Assembly: GCA_031279695.1 (NCBI GenBank)
Contig: JAITIA010000140.1
Span: 12,935 to 76,934, forward strand
Source: Prevotellaceae bacterium
Lineage (GTDB): Bacteria; Bacteroidota; Bacteroidia; Bacteroidales; UBA932
DNA length: 64,000 bases
Direction: 5' to 3'
Part shown: positions 12,501 to 19,791 of the stretch, piece by piece
Layout of the letters: the number at the start of each line of letters is the position of its first letter
Numbering within the stretch: position 1 is the first letter of the stretch
Position numbers and translations under genes: made by a program
Notes under the pieces: model-generated
What the model was told of the DNA's origin: nothing
What the model saw: the letters and a program-made list of their open reading frames with translations, nothing else
Database searches by the model: none

Positions 12501-14104
12501 TCTTCTTTTCGACGCTGTTTGGCAGCAATACGTGCCTTTTCTTCTTCTTGCTGACGCTGTTTGGCAGCAATACGTGCCTTTTCTTCTTCTTGCTGACGCT
12601 GTTCGGCAGCAATACGTGCCTTTTCTTCTTCTTGTTTCTCTATTTTGGTGGCAATACGTATGTCATCAACTTTTTGTCGGGTCTGTTCGGCAATAATACG
12701 AGCCTCTTCCCATTTTTGTCGAGTCTGTTCAGCAGCAATACGAGCCTGGTCATAATTTTTATGCGCCTGTTTCTCAACAATATTATTCTGTTCCCATTGT
12801 TGCTGCGCCCGTTTGGTAGCACTACGAGCCTTTTCTAATTCTTGTTTCGCCTGTTCGCTTTTAGTGCAAGCCTTCGCATAGTTTTTTTCTAAATATTGCA
12901 CAGCGGATCTGATTTTTGTTCTATTGTGTTTAGCGTCTGCATTCTCCTGTGCATACTGCTCATTGTTTTGCGTATGCTGATGCAAAAGATTACTAATCTC
13001 TTCCAACTGTTGCAGAATTTCTTTTGCAAGTATGCTGTCCTCTCCCTCTTCCTGTATAACTCTTTGCGCACGATTGCGGCACTCCTCCTCTTTTTGCTGC
13101 AATTGTACCACAAGCATACGTTCCTCGTTCATTGGTTTATCCGTCTCTTTAACACGATTAACAGCATCCTGCAATTTTTGCTTCAGCTGTGTAAGATTAA
13201 TACGAGTCTGCTCCTTGTGTTGCTGAGATAGATTAACAGTATCAATAGCCTTTAACTCATCTTGCTTACACTGATTAAGACTGTTGCTAAGTTTCGCCTT
13301 ATTTTGACTACACTTTACAAGAGCAGTACGGGCATTTGCCGCTGCTTTTTGTCGTTGTTCGGCAATAATACGCGCCTTTTCTGCTTCTTTTTGTCGTTGT
13401 TCGGCAGCAATACGCACTTTTTCCACTGCTTGCTGCCTCTGTTCGGCAGCAATACGCGCCTCTTTATCTTTTTTATATTTCTGTTCGGCAGCAATACGCG
13501 CCTCTTCTTTTTTTGTCAGTTTCTGTTCGGCAACAATATTAGTTTTTTTCGACTGTTGCGTACTTTGTTCGGCAACAATGTTAGTTTTTTTCGACTGTTG
13601 CTGACGTTGTTCGGCAACAATACTATCAATTTCTGCTTGTTGCTGACGTTGTTCGGCAACAATACTATCAACTTCTGTTTGTTGCATACTTTGTTCGGTA
13701 GCAATACTATCAACTTCTGCTTGTTGCGTACTTTGTTCGGCAACAATACTATCAACTTCTGCTTGTTGCGTACTTTGTTCTGCAACAATACTATCAACTT
13801 CTGCTTGTTGCGTACTTTGTTCTGCAACAATACTATCAACTTCTGTTTGTTGCGTACTTTGTTCGGCAACAATACTATCAACTTCTGCTTGTTGCATACT
13901 TTGTTCGGCAACAATACTATCAACTTCTGCTTGTTGCGTACTTTGTTCAGCAACAATATTTATCTCTTCCTGTTCTTTGAGTTGTTGCTCCGACTCAATA
14001 CGAATAGATTCATTATTATGCTGCAGCGAATTGTCATTTTTTGTTTCTTTCCTAAAAATATTATTCCAGAAACCACGCTTACTACTTATTTTTATAAACT
14101 TCAT
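3557..14104 (-). CDS. Giant (3515 aa) tandem-repeat coiled-coil protein made of about 250 degenerate 14-residue repeats (consensus ARIAAEQxLQxxEE). No signal peptide or TM segment. Function unknown.
   Basis: Uninterrupted 10,548-nt ORF. Translation is dominated by A/E/Q/R/K/I/L with hydrophobic residues spaced i, i+7 (two heptads per 14-mer). The N-terminus MKFIKISSKRGFWNNIFRKE is polar. Start codon lies 4 nt after the GH43 stop. Opposite-strand ORFs are repeat artefacts. Confidence 0.85.
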   Translation of the reverse strand: MKFIKISSKRGFWNNIFRKETKNDNSLQHNNESIRIESEQQLKEQEEINIVAEQSTQQAEVDSIVAEQSMQQAEVDSIVAEQSTQQTEVDSIVAEQSTQQAEVDSIVAEQSTQQAEVDSIVAEQSTQQAEVDSIATEQSMQQTEVDSIVAEQRQQQAEIDSIVAEQRQQQSKKTNIVAEQSTQQSKKTNIVAEQKLTKKEEARIAAEQKYKKDKEARIAAEQRQQAVEKVRIAAEQRQKEAEKARIIAEQRQKAAANARTALVKCSQNKAKLSNSLNQCKQDELKAIDTVNLSQQHKEQTRINLTQLKQKLQDAVNRVKETDKPMNEERMLVVQLQQKEEECRNRAQRVIQEEGEDSILAKEILQQLEEISNLLHQHTQNNEQYAQENADAKHNRTKIRSAVQYLEKNYAKACTKSEQAKQELEKARSATKRAQQQWEQNNIVEKQAHKNYDQARIAAEQTRQKWEEARIIAEQTRQKVDDIRIATKIEKQEEEKARIAAEQRQQEEEKARIAAKQRQQEEEKARIAAKQRRKEEEKARIAAEQRQQEEEKARIAAKQRRKEEDNARIDAEQRQQEEDNARIDAEQRQQEVENARMTLVNCNQNKEELSNSLNKCQQDELKAIDTANQLQQYKEQARIQLIQAQQKLQEAANRVEETAKTMNEGRMLAVQLQQKEEECRNRAQRVVQEEGENSILAKEILQQLEENSNLLHRQKQNNEQYVQENADAKHNKLKVRSALQYAEKKHSKACTKSEQAQQELENACIATKQAQQNFEQARIAAEQSMQQWEEARITVEQRQQEEENARIADELEKQKAEEARTIYKQNLQKIKEARIALEYQTIIVEQARRLVENTTQSEKDMQINLNQAQNKTDYARMIVEKKLQMSEAMRIAAEQQLQTAEEACSIATQNLQKLKEACILATQNLQKLKEARILAKQNLHKEEVNSSIVKLKLEEESKARSELKSILKEESKARSELKSKLVEGRKARRKLGLKLEEEKKARTDVKNAQQKENQAGLKYKQFNETENKADIKSKQSPKKNRVVYLTAKQRLQIEKDMRIAVEQELQIAKEESIAAVQNLQKVEAERIVAQQNLQKLKEVSSIAKQNLQKAEEARSVAEQNLQKVEAARSVAEQHLKQLKEERITAEQQLKQIEEERIATEHSLQNKDKKRIATEQYLKLKEEASIIAEQYLKQKEKERIATGQNLQIEDMNGSAVKLKLKQEKKARSAVELKLKQAKKARGAVELKLQQEEKARTEFKQAKQNVNKARIEYNQSLTKNLTVNLDAEKNLKEAEAFCIIAKQDLQKITEERIVAEQNLQKAKEEHIAAEQNLIEAEEERIVAEQQREQAEKKRIASEQNIKYEKAVRAAAKEYVKLKEDVRIASEHCLTQEGEERIAAEQRLKQVREAFIASEQKLQLAENDRIASEQNLQELKEARIAAAQNSQKLKEARIAATQNPQELEDARNATGQNLQELEDARNATAQNLQELEDARNATAQNLQELEDARNATAQNPQELEDARNATAQNPQELEDARLASEQKLKQKEEARLAAEQKLKQEAKARGEVKQYQQKIDDICITVEQAKLNIEQARQLVEKAKQREQYRQTNLELTKNKEIEARNALNRVQGTRPENIMRAVQLLKENEKARIKAERKLERAKEARIIAEHNMRIASIDLTIANMRQQEEQEASIAVEQANLNIEQARILVERAMHIENNARTENNHFQSKYITACDTVNRMKQSSKEDIIAAKHNLQQAEQNSIAAKDNLQQAEQNSIAAKQNLQQAEQDYIDVEQSMQNRAKMRILTEYARKKNHEMHAQLKQMYDKEMNACNIANQTKDDGGRKLMQKLLNLKDVEDLRVDAEQRLQQSKEYREATMQNLLEAKKACRDAEQQIEQTKQARMAIEQNLQQQEQYSIAVEQDLQQQPEDSIAVEQDLQQQPEDSITVEQDLQQQPEDSITVEQDLQQQPEDSITVEQDLQQQEKDSIDEEQPLLRAEQARMIAKRNLQKAAEIIVAAQQTPQQESPTCNIAQQAQQELNDILIKEYEDKKNLKKARLEAELATQKMKEARSASKDIQIINEEIVALKQQIKQKKNELNSLVSAVKQNKSVDNSLTQDIVNKHTEIKTLTSELAEKNNQEKKLAEESKQKIKEARILTDETKQKVKEARILADETKQKVQEALTKVKETKQKVQETKLAAKEQKKQLKKAGIAAKQSSQQNSEIGISAEHFLQKIFDINKNTELFKQTHIYISKNTEHIIQNYLTIVFSFDEALHIETEARNAAEQAQINKSNVLNHILDMQRNEQAALNIFNQKKKDEDIDVGIAESRLQEYTQARIDAQQQLLITEQDCIAANRQLQIATQARIDAEQYRQNTIEEIIGYKLELINDSNIRIFTELTWMQKSNDDYATQLNKLNKENERMFAEVNLMLKTNGGIDAKQRNINTYKVRKHQKQFDMNRKIRIANMSQIMQNKTKIDGFTNDILQNETNIRNLAKQAQQNYEQAIALANDARQNEQNARMAAINSMQNLLEAVRTAQYIKQYGLESSINTKYIWQCIRNARTDFYHALNNFADACIITQQAQYKEEEANYVVEQAQLRMDKVDRVANKANKALEEIEIFISHYRKNKIRAQDFKSAIHLYMKKERYGIEQLNNNLEQDGIDDDQVQQNETETHIDDDHAQQNEAETCIDDDQKQQNEAETRIDAPQAQQNEAETRTDAPQAQQNEAENISDTEYLLNNHKEILTNVARSKRVEKKARIELFVAKQNELKASNRAKQLKDNEAEARMDVVMEERNGGKNLDKATKKLQKCIEARIDAERELRKCSHDCIYAEVNLQNAENNTIDAEYRLQLAEKARIDKNHSLQNKIKTKNSAKQLQQKESETDAAAESQQQNESETDDDAEPQQQNESEINDDAEQQQQNEPETDDDAEPQHPDEPETDVASEPQQLNESETDIDEKNPHLYKFITNSDDEQAQQNIDNISQYLKALMHKKQIAITQLADYKTKEKKARTTANQIKNDEIIAFNNVNKLKNHIGKAFIEAMHKFHKCTDNRINAEQNLLMCMMNSINAEQNLQNIEKTCMDVKQVLKVKKRFYSDIKQYQLNLPTISISENQNLQQSTETCSAFEQAKHYVEQTRIALSQAQQYEKQISSIHKQAQQNNITAELDVDNVKTKQKRISIDAEHAMQQLDKANKHAQSLLNKEQITLARSQQILQNEIEVNHITIGVFQDKLKDGTTQHKKKMNEAEAHELTCEIFQEMFTLRIATNEYIQQLSKIIISVNNIHNKLEKANMRLIVASKEKMKTILYSKILLHKHEEAISATKHAKLKQNEALQLVRQFEKNEAMALKFESHQEYYSTKISNIARQKLLNVTKIRKSAEYLQQDEIDVRNAAKQFLRDNPKARKFAAQFLHNFIDVRKAANYLKLYSTTIRNNTNGFRYDLAVICRAAKQLKHNWTIARRAAKQILQNKTNTRKSEIMFIHKAEMAYMAAEQFAKRVAYDTNFFWHIVDTENLYKAHKPDNKK

Positions 14105-14108
14105 ATTT

Positions 14109-15134
14109 CTATTTAATCTTCCGACGTTTTACGCCGGTTTTAGTTATCTTGACTGGAATAATTCGTCCATTTTCATCAAACTCCATCCTGTCGATACATG
14201 TTACACGATGATTGCCATGTCGGTCGCCAATCGGTCGGCGATGATATACTATATAATATGTATCGGTATCGGGCAGGTGAATAACAGAATGATGTCCTGC
14301 GCCTGTGGCGACAGCAGAGTCCTGTTGCAGTATTTTTCCCTCCCGATGAAATGGACCATAAGGTGAATCGGCAATTGCGTATGCAACAGAATAGTCGGGA
14401 CCTGTCCAACCACCCTCGCTCCACATAAAATAGTACTTGCCATTACGCTTAAACATAAAAGGACCTTCGACATAGTTTTGTGGAGTAATTTCCTTATATA
14501 TAGAGCCGTCATCGTGAGGTATCAGCCCGTCGAACTTGTCGTTCAGTCGTACAATATTGCAATGACTCCAACCGCCATAATACATATAATAATTGCCGTC
14601 GTCGTCGAGAAACACAAACTGGTCGATAGGTTGTGCGCCATTCACAATATTGTTGATAAGAGGTTTACCGAGCAAATCACGGTATCGTCCCTGCGGCTTG
14701 TCGGCAATTGCAACGCCTATACCGCCAACTTCGCCCTCATGCACATCGTTGGCAGCAAAGAAGAGATAGTACTTGTTGTTTTTGCGTATAACAGAAGGCG
14801 CCCACATCGCCATACGAGCCCATCGAACCTCAGTGGTGTCGATAATCCGTTCGTGTTTTTGCCACTGCACCAAGTCGGGCGATGAAAAGCAGTCGAAAAA
14901 TACCTGTTTTTCAAAATTGTCGCTAAATGTTGGAAAAATCCAGTAATTTTTGTCATATATTATACCCTCAGGGTCGGCATACCAGCCGTTGAAAACCGGA
15001 TTTCCACTGAAAGGAGCGGTTTTTGTTGCTGTACAGGATGCGAGGAGCGCCGCTGCTGCAACTGTTACTGTAAATGCTGTAAATCTGCTGTTTATGCAGT
15101 CTAAATTCAATTTACAAATGTTAAAAATCTTCAT
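14109..15134 (-). CDS. Glycoside hydrolase family 43 (beta-xylosidase/arabinofuranosidase-like), lipoprotein
   Basis: Signal peptide with lipobox (LLASCTA). Canonical GH43 N-terminal motif NPVFNGWYADPEGIIYDKNYWIFPT and five-bladed propeller-like W/D-rich sequence. Confidence 0.85.
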   Translation of the reverse strand: MKIFNICKLNLDCINSRFTAFTVTVAAAALLASCTATKTAPFSGNPVFNGWYADPEGIIYDKNYWIFPTFSDNFEKQVFFDCFSSPDLVQWQKHERIIDTTEVRWARMAMWAPSVIRKNNKYYLFFAANDVHEGEVGGIGVAIADKPQGRYRDLLGKPLINNIVNGAQPIDQFVFLDDDGNYYMYYGGWSHCNIVRLNDKFDGLIPHDDGSIYKEITPQNYVEGPFMFKRNGKYYFMWSEGGWTGPDYSVAYAIADSPYGPFHREGKILQQDSAVATGAGHHSVIHLPDTDTYYIVYHRRPIGDRHGNHRVTCIDRMEFDENGRIIPVKITKTGVKRRKIK

Positions 15135-15241
15135 ATTTTTCGTAAAATTTACTAATTATTTGCCGACAAAGATATGGAGAATTTTGAATATGACAAAAAT
15201 GCTGTTATTTGGTACTTTATATGGTATTCATAAAAAATATG

Positions 15242-15249
15242 TACCTTTG
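15242..15249 (+). promoter_or_regulatory. Bacteroidetes sigmaA -7 box TACCTTTG upstream of miaB
   Basis: Matches TAnnTTTG consensus 20 nt upstream of the miaB ATG. Lies in the divergent intergenic region with GH43. Confidence 0.5.
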
Positions 15250-15268
15250 CACCCTTGAAATATAAAAT

Positions 15269-16630
15269 ATGTCAAAGATGAAAGAACGGATAATCAGTTC
15301 GATAAGACCGATATATAAGGAGCAAAGCCCAAAACTGTATATCGAAACATACGGCTGTCAGATGAATGTGAACGACAGCGAAATTGTTGCCGCCATCATG
15401 CAAAAGGCGGGTTATTCGATAACACGGGACATTGGCGAGGCAAACGTTGTACTGATAAATACCTGCTCGGTGCGCGACAATGCCGAGCAGCGCGTCATGG
15501 GACGTATCGAACAGTTTGGGGCAGAAAAAAAGAAACGCCCGTCGCTGAATATCGGGATAATAGGCTGCATGGCCGAACGGCTCAAAGAACGCCTGCTCGA
15601 GAACCGGATTGTTGATTTGGTTGCTGGTCCCGACGCCTATCGCGAATTACCCAAACTGCTGGAAACAACCGCTTCCGGTCAGCAGGGAATCAACGTGCTG
15701 CTCTCGCGCGACGAAACCTATTCCGGCATCAGTCCCGTGCGGCTCGACAAAACCGGCGTCAGCGCATATATCTCAATCATGCGGGGTTGCAACAATGTTT
15801 GCGCCTTTTGCGTCGTTCCATACACTCGGGGAGCGGAGCGCAGCCGACCTCCGGGAACCATTCTCGACGAAGTGCGCGAACTTGCCGATAATGGCTACCG
15901 CGAAATTACCCTGCTGGGACAAAACGTCAATTCCTATCGCTCGGAAGAGATGAATTTTTCCCGTCTGCTGGCAGCCGTTGCCCGTGCCGCCTCCGGAATG
16001 CGCGTCCGTTTTTCCACCTCGCATCCCAAGGATATGGGCGTCGATGTGCTTGAAACAATAGCCGGATACGACAATATCTGCAACAGTATTCACCTGCCCG
16101 TCCAGTCGGGAAGTACGGCGATGCTCCAAAAAATGAACCGCAAATATACGCGGGACGAATATCTGCAAAAAATTGAAAAAATCAGAGAAGTTATACCCGA
16201 CTGCTCCATCTCGACCGACATTATTGCCGGATTTTGTGGCGAAACGCTCGACGACCACCGCCACACGCTCAGCCTGATGGAAACGGCGGCTTTCGACGCG
16301 GCATTCATGTTCAAATATTCCGAACGTCCCAACACCAGAGCCGCCCGCCATTTCAGCGACGATGTGCCGGAAAACGAAAAAATACGCCGCCTGACGGAAA
16401 TAATTGACCTGCAAAGCCGCCTGTCGCTGGCAAGTCATGCCAAAGAATACGGGCAAACCGTCGAAGTCCTTGTTGAAGATGTGTCGAAACGCTCGGAAAA
16501 CGACTTGTGCGGACGCACGCCGCAGAATAAAACGGTGATATTTCCGAAAAATCACTATCGGGCAGGCGACTTGGTGAAAGTGAAAATAACCGAATATACA
16601 CAGGCAACACTGAAGGGCGAAACAGTATGA
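15269..16630 (+). CDS. miaB: tRNA-2-methylthio-N6-dimethylallyladenosine synthase MiaB (radical SAM methylthiotransferase)
   Basis: N-terminal YIETYGCQMNVNDSE Cys triad, radical-SAM CNNVCAFC motif and C-terminal TRAM domain. Length 453 aa. Confidence 0.95.
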   Translation: MSKMKERIISSIRPIYKEQSPKLYIETYGCQMNVNDSEIVAAIMQKAGYSITRDIGEANVVLINTCSVRDNAEQRVMGRIEQFGAEKKKRPSLNIGIIGCMAERLKERLLENRIVDLVAGPDAYRELPKLLETTASGQQGINVLLSRDETYSGISPVRLDKTGVSAYISIMRGCNNVCAFCVVPYTRGAERSRPPGTILDEVRELADNGYREITLLGQNVNSYRSEEMNFSRLLAAVARAASGMRVRFSTSHPKDMGVDVLETIAGYDNICNSIHLPVQSGSTAMLQKMNRKYTRDEYLQKIEKIREVIPDCSISTDIIAGFCGETLDDHRHTLSLMETAAFDAAFMFKYSERPNTRAARHFSDDVPENEKIRRLTEIIDLQSRLSLASHAKEYGQTVEVLVEDVSKRSENDLCGRTPQNKTVIFPKNHYRAGDLVKVKITEYTQATLKGETV

Positions 16631-16685
16631 AAATCGACCGAAAATGTTCAAAAAAAAACACATTTTTTGCCGTCGATTTTTTTCA
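16630..16685 (+). terminator. Rho-independent terminator after miaB
   Basis: Imperfect long hairpin (aaaatcgaccgaaaatgt ... acattttttgccgtcgatttt) followed by a T-run. Confidence 0.5.
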
Positions 16686-16729
16686 TTTGAAAATCTTTAA
16701 TATCATTGTGCAAAAATTTTTATTGTATT

Positions 16730-17107
16730 ATGCGTACTAAAAAATTGACAGAGACTGCAAAAGCAGAAAATAAGCCGTCGAAAAATGACGAAAAAACCGC
16801 TGTAACCAAGAAAAAAATCGTGGTTAGCTACAAAAATCTGGCGCCCGAAATTGTGGATTTGGTAAAAGAACAATATCCCACCGGATATGCCGAACATCTT
16901 ATCAAGGTGGACAGAGGAAACGGGCAGGTTTTTTATGCCGTTACCCTGAACACGGAAACAGTCGATTATCTGATAAAGGTTGATGTTAAAATCGATTCCG
17001 AAATCGACGAAGTAGAAAAGGCGCTGTTTGAACAGCCGGACATGGCGGACGACGGATTTCCGGACGATTCTGCTCCTTTCGACGACCGTCTTGACGATGA
17101 CGAATAA
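16730..17107 (+). CDS. Hypothetical small protein with strongly acidic C-terminus (DDGFPDDSAPFDDRLDDDE)
   Basis: ORF with reasonable coding composition. Start chosen at MRTKKLTE (ATG 16730) inside the longer ORF 16706..17107. No recognisable domain. Confidence 0.5.
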   Translation: MRTKKLTETAKAENKPSKNDEKTAVTKKKIVVSYKNLAPEIVDLVKEQYPTGYAEHLIKVDRGNGQVFYAVTLNTETVDYLIKVDVKIDSEIDEVEKALFEQPDMADDGFPDDSAPFDDRLDDDE

Positions 17108-17629
17108 TCATTCGTCCTTCTCGAACCGTACCGTCGAACAGAAAACGGCTGAGGATTTTTGGAACAGATCTTGCCGTCTGTTCCCAATCGGGTGAGGTCT
17201 GTTTGTTGCACAGGTAACAAACAGATACACCTGTATTGGCTTGCTATTGACATGTTTGAAGGCGTCGAAGTTTGATTGAGTCTGATTGTCCTATGGGATG
17301 TAAATGTCTGCGTATGATACTGTTCTACCGAGAGATGCATCTCTACGATATGCAAAAACCGCAGCCGCCATGCCAACGGCGCATCCCTGCGAGCGTTTTG
17401 TATTCATATTATAATAGTATAGTATTGTACCGACGTTATAGCACCTCAATCTTTTTTTCAACCTTTTTTGACACTGCCGGTGGACAAGGTCCATTGCGGG
17501 ATACACTCGAAAAATTTTTTTTACAAAAAATGTCATTTTTATTACACATAAAATCAGGGAGATACAAAAAAATCTGCAAATTTTTTACAAAAAATGACAA
17601 ACATTTTTTTGTAATTGAAAAAAAAGCCA

Positions 17630-17637
17630 TACCTTTG
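17630..17637 (+). promoter_or_regulatory. -7 box TACCTTTG (TAnnTTTG) of the S10/spc ribosomal operon promoter, with TTTG about 20 nt upstream
   Basis: Sequence ccatacctttgcagtccg. The same extended motif, TAnnTTTGCAGcCG, recurs before tRNA-Pro and the GNAT gene. Gives a ~215-nt leader before rpsJ. Confidence 0.55.
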
Positions 17638-17852
17638 CAGTCCGTTTTGCATTGATAAAATAATGTTAAGCAAAAGTGTAACAGAGTTTTAAGTACATGC
17701 AAACCGGTCTGTATTTTTGGCAAATCTGTGTTTTTGGCAAAATTGAACAATTTCACAACGGGCTGAAACGTGTAAACAGAAAATTAAATTAAAAATAAAA
17801 AACGTAGTAATAACAGAAAGTATTAAATAATTATTTGAATAATTAATTTGTT

Positions 17853-18158
17853 ATGAGTCAAAAGATAAGGATAAAATTGAAATCATACGATCATTCGCTG
17901 GTCGATAAATCGGCGGAGAAGATTGTGAAAACGGTAAAAACAACAGGCGCAGTGGTAAGTGGTCCAATTCCCCTTCCCACTCAAACCAAAATATTTACCG
18001 TCAATCGTTCGACTTTTGTAAACAAAAAATCGCGCGAACAGTTTCAGCTGAGCAACTATAAACGCCTGCTTGATATTTACAGCTCGACGCCAAAAACCGT
18101 CGATGCCCTGATGCGCCTCGAACTGCCGTCGGGCGTGGAGGTTGAAATCAAGGTTTAA
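17853..18158 (+). CDS. rpsJ: 30S ribosomal protein S10
   Basis: [20 protein letters not shown]...GPIPLPT is a diagnostic S10 sequence. Confidence 0.97.
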   Translation: MSQKIRIKLKSYDHSLVDKSAEKIVKTVKTTGAVVSGPIPLPTQTKIFTVNRSTFVNKKSREQFQLSNYKRLLDIYSSTPKTVDALMRLELPSGVEVEIKV

Positions 18159-18213
18159 TGCTCGATTGAAACAAAACAGAATTTTATATACATATTATTA
18201 ATAGATTTTATAC

Positions 18214-18834
18214 ATGCCAGGAATTATTGGAAAAAAAGTCGGAATGACTTCCGTGTTCGGAGATGATGGGAAAAATATCCCGTGTACGGTTGTTGAAGCT
18301 GGACCATGTGTAGTCACGCAAGTAAAAAACGTCGAGACAGACGGATATGAAGCAATTCAGCTTGCCTATGACGACAAAAAAGAAAAAAATACCAGCAAAG
18401 CGCTGCTGTGCCATTTCAAAAAAGCAGGCACAGCGCCAAAACGGAAAATCGTTGAGTTTCCCAACAATTATGGGAAAGAAATGATTTTGGGAGATGCGGT
18501 AACAGTCGAACTGTTCAAAGAAGGCGAATGGGTCGATGTAATTGGCGTATCCAAAGGAAAAGGATTTCAGGGCGTTGTCAAACGTCATGGATTTGGCGGC
18601 GTCGGTGGTCGCACACACGGACAGCATAACCGCAACCGCGCACCCGGCTCGCTGGGCGCATCGTCCTATCCGTCAAGAGTATTCAAAGGAAAAAGACTTG
18701 CCGGACGTATGGGCGGAGACAGAGTTAAAATAATGAATTTAAGAGTGTTGAAGGTTATTCCTGAAAATAACCTGTTGCTGGTTAAGGGTTCCATACCCGG
18801 AGCAAGAGGCTCGTATTTAATAATTGAGGGTTAA
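18214..18834 (+). CDS. rplC: 50S ribosomal protein L3
   Basis: [34 protein letters not shown] is a diagnostic L3 sequence. Confidence 0.97.
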   Translation: MPGIIGKKVGMTSVFGDDGKNIPCTVVEAGPCVVTQVKNVETDGYEAIQLAYDDKKEKNTSKALLCHFKKAGTAPKRKIVEFPNNYGKEMILGDAVTVELFKEGEWVDVIGVSKGKGFQGVVKRHGFGGVGGRTHGQHNRNRAPGSLGASSYPSRVFKGKRLAGRMGGDRVKIMNLRVLKVIPENNLLLVKGSIPGARGSYLIIEG

Positions 18835-18838
18835 AAAA

Positions 18839-19483
18839 ATGGAATTAGCAATACATAAAACAGATGGAAGCAAATCGTCGAAAACAGTTGTCCTCGACGA
18901 TGCAATATTCGGCATAGAACCGAACGAACATGTGATGTATCTCGATGTAAAGCAATATCTTGCAAATCAGCGTCAAGGCACACACAAGGCAAAACAGAGA
19001 AGCGAAATTGCTTACAGTACCAAAAAACTTGGGAAGCAAAAAGGCTCGGGCGGCGCTCGCCATGGCAGCAGAAAATCGCCGATATTTGTTGGCGGAGGAC
19101 GTGTTTTTGGACCTGTTCCGAGAGATTACGGTTTTAAACTCAACAAAAAAGTTAAGGCGCTGGCTCGTCGTAGTGCCCTGTCGGACAAGGCTAAAAATGA
19201 GGCTATTGTGATGGTTGAAAATTTCACCTTCGAAGCGCCCAAAACAAAGAGATTTCTGGAACTGAGGGCAAACCTGCAACTGTCGGACAAAAAACTGCTT
19301 GTTGTACTTGGCGAATCGAACAAAAACATTTATCTGTCGTCCAGAAATTTGCCCAAAGTCAAAGTAGTGAATGCAATCGACCTGAATACATACGATATTT
19401 TGAACGCATCGTGCCTGCTGATTCAGGAAAGTGCAGTAGATAAGATTAATAACTTACTGGGAACAGTATCAAAACAGGATTAA
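18839..19483 (+). CDS. rplD: 50S ribosomal protein L4
   Basis: Carries the L4 glycine-rich loop ([27 protein letters not shown]). Start set at ATG 18839 (MELAIHK), 4 nt after the rplC stop, rather than the upstream in-frame ATG. Confidence 0.93.
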   Translation: MELAIHKTDGSKSSKTVVLDDAIFGIEPNEHVMYLDVKQYLANQRQGTHKAKQRSEIAYSTKKLGKQKGSGGARHGSRKSPIFVGGGRVFGPVPRDYGFKLNKKVKALARRSALSDKAKNEAIVMVENFTFEAPKTKRFLELRANLQLSDKKLLVVLGESNKNIYLSSRNLPKVKVVNAIDLNTYDILNASCLLIQESAVDKINNLLGTVSKQD

Positions 19484-19494
19484 TAAAAACAGCA

Positions 19495-19785
19495 ATGGAT
19501 ATATTAATTAAGCCAATTATTACCGAAAAAATGACGGCTCAGGGCGAAAAATTGAACCGTTACGGATTGATAGTCGATCGCAGAGCCGATAAACCGCAAA
19601 TTAAGAAGGCTGTTGAAACACAGTTTAATGTGCAAGTTGTATCGGTTAATACGATGAACTACAAAGGGAAGCGCAAAAGACGCTATACCACAGCGGGTCT
19701 ATTGAGGGGTCGCACAAACAATTACAAAAAAGCCATTATTACATTGAAAGAAGGCAGTAAAATTGATTTCTTCAGCAGTATCTAA
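19495..19785 (+). CDS. rplW: 50S ribosomal protein L23
   Basis: MDILIKPIITEKMT...FNVQVVSVNTMNYKGK is L23. Confidence 0.95.
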   Translation: MDILIKPIITEKMTAQGEKLNRYGLIVDRRADKPQIKKAVETQFNVQVVSVNTMNYKGKRKRRYTTAGLLRGRTNNYKKAIITLKEGSKIDFFSSI

Positions 19786-19791
19786 AAAATT

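Noticed and set aside
3611-14116. Many plus-strand ORFs of 60-330 aa (for example 9999..10979, 13262..14116, 12254..12838) with Cys/Phe/Leu-rich repetitive translations
   Set aside because: They lie antisense to the giant repeat gene. Their periodic low-complexity sequences are the expected mirror of the 42-bp repeats and do not represent independent genes.
15773-16663. 296-aa minus-strand ORF
   Set aside because: Entirely antisense to miaB, which has unambiguous conserved motifs.
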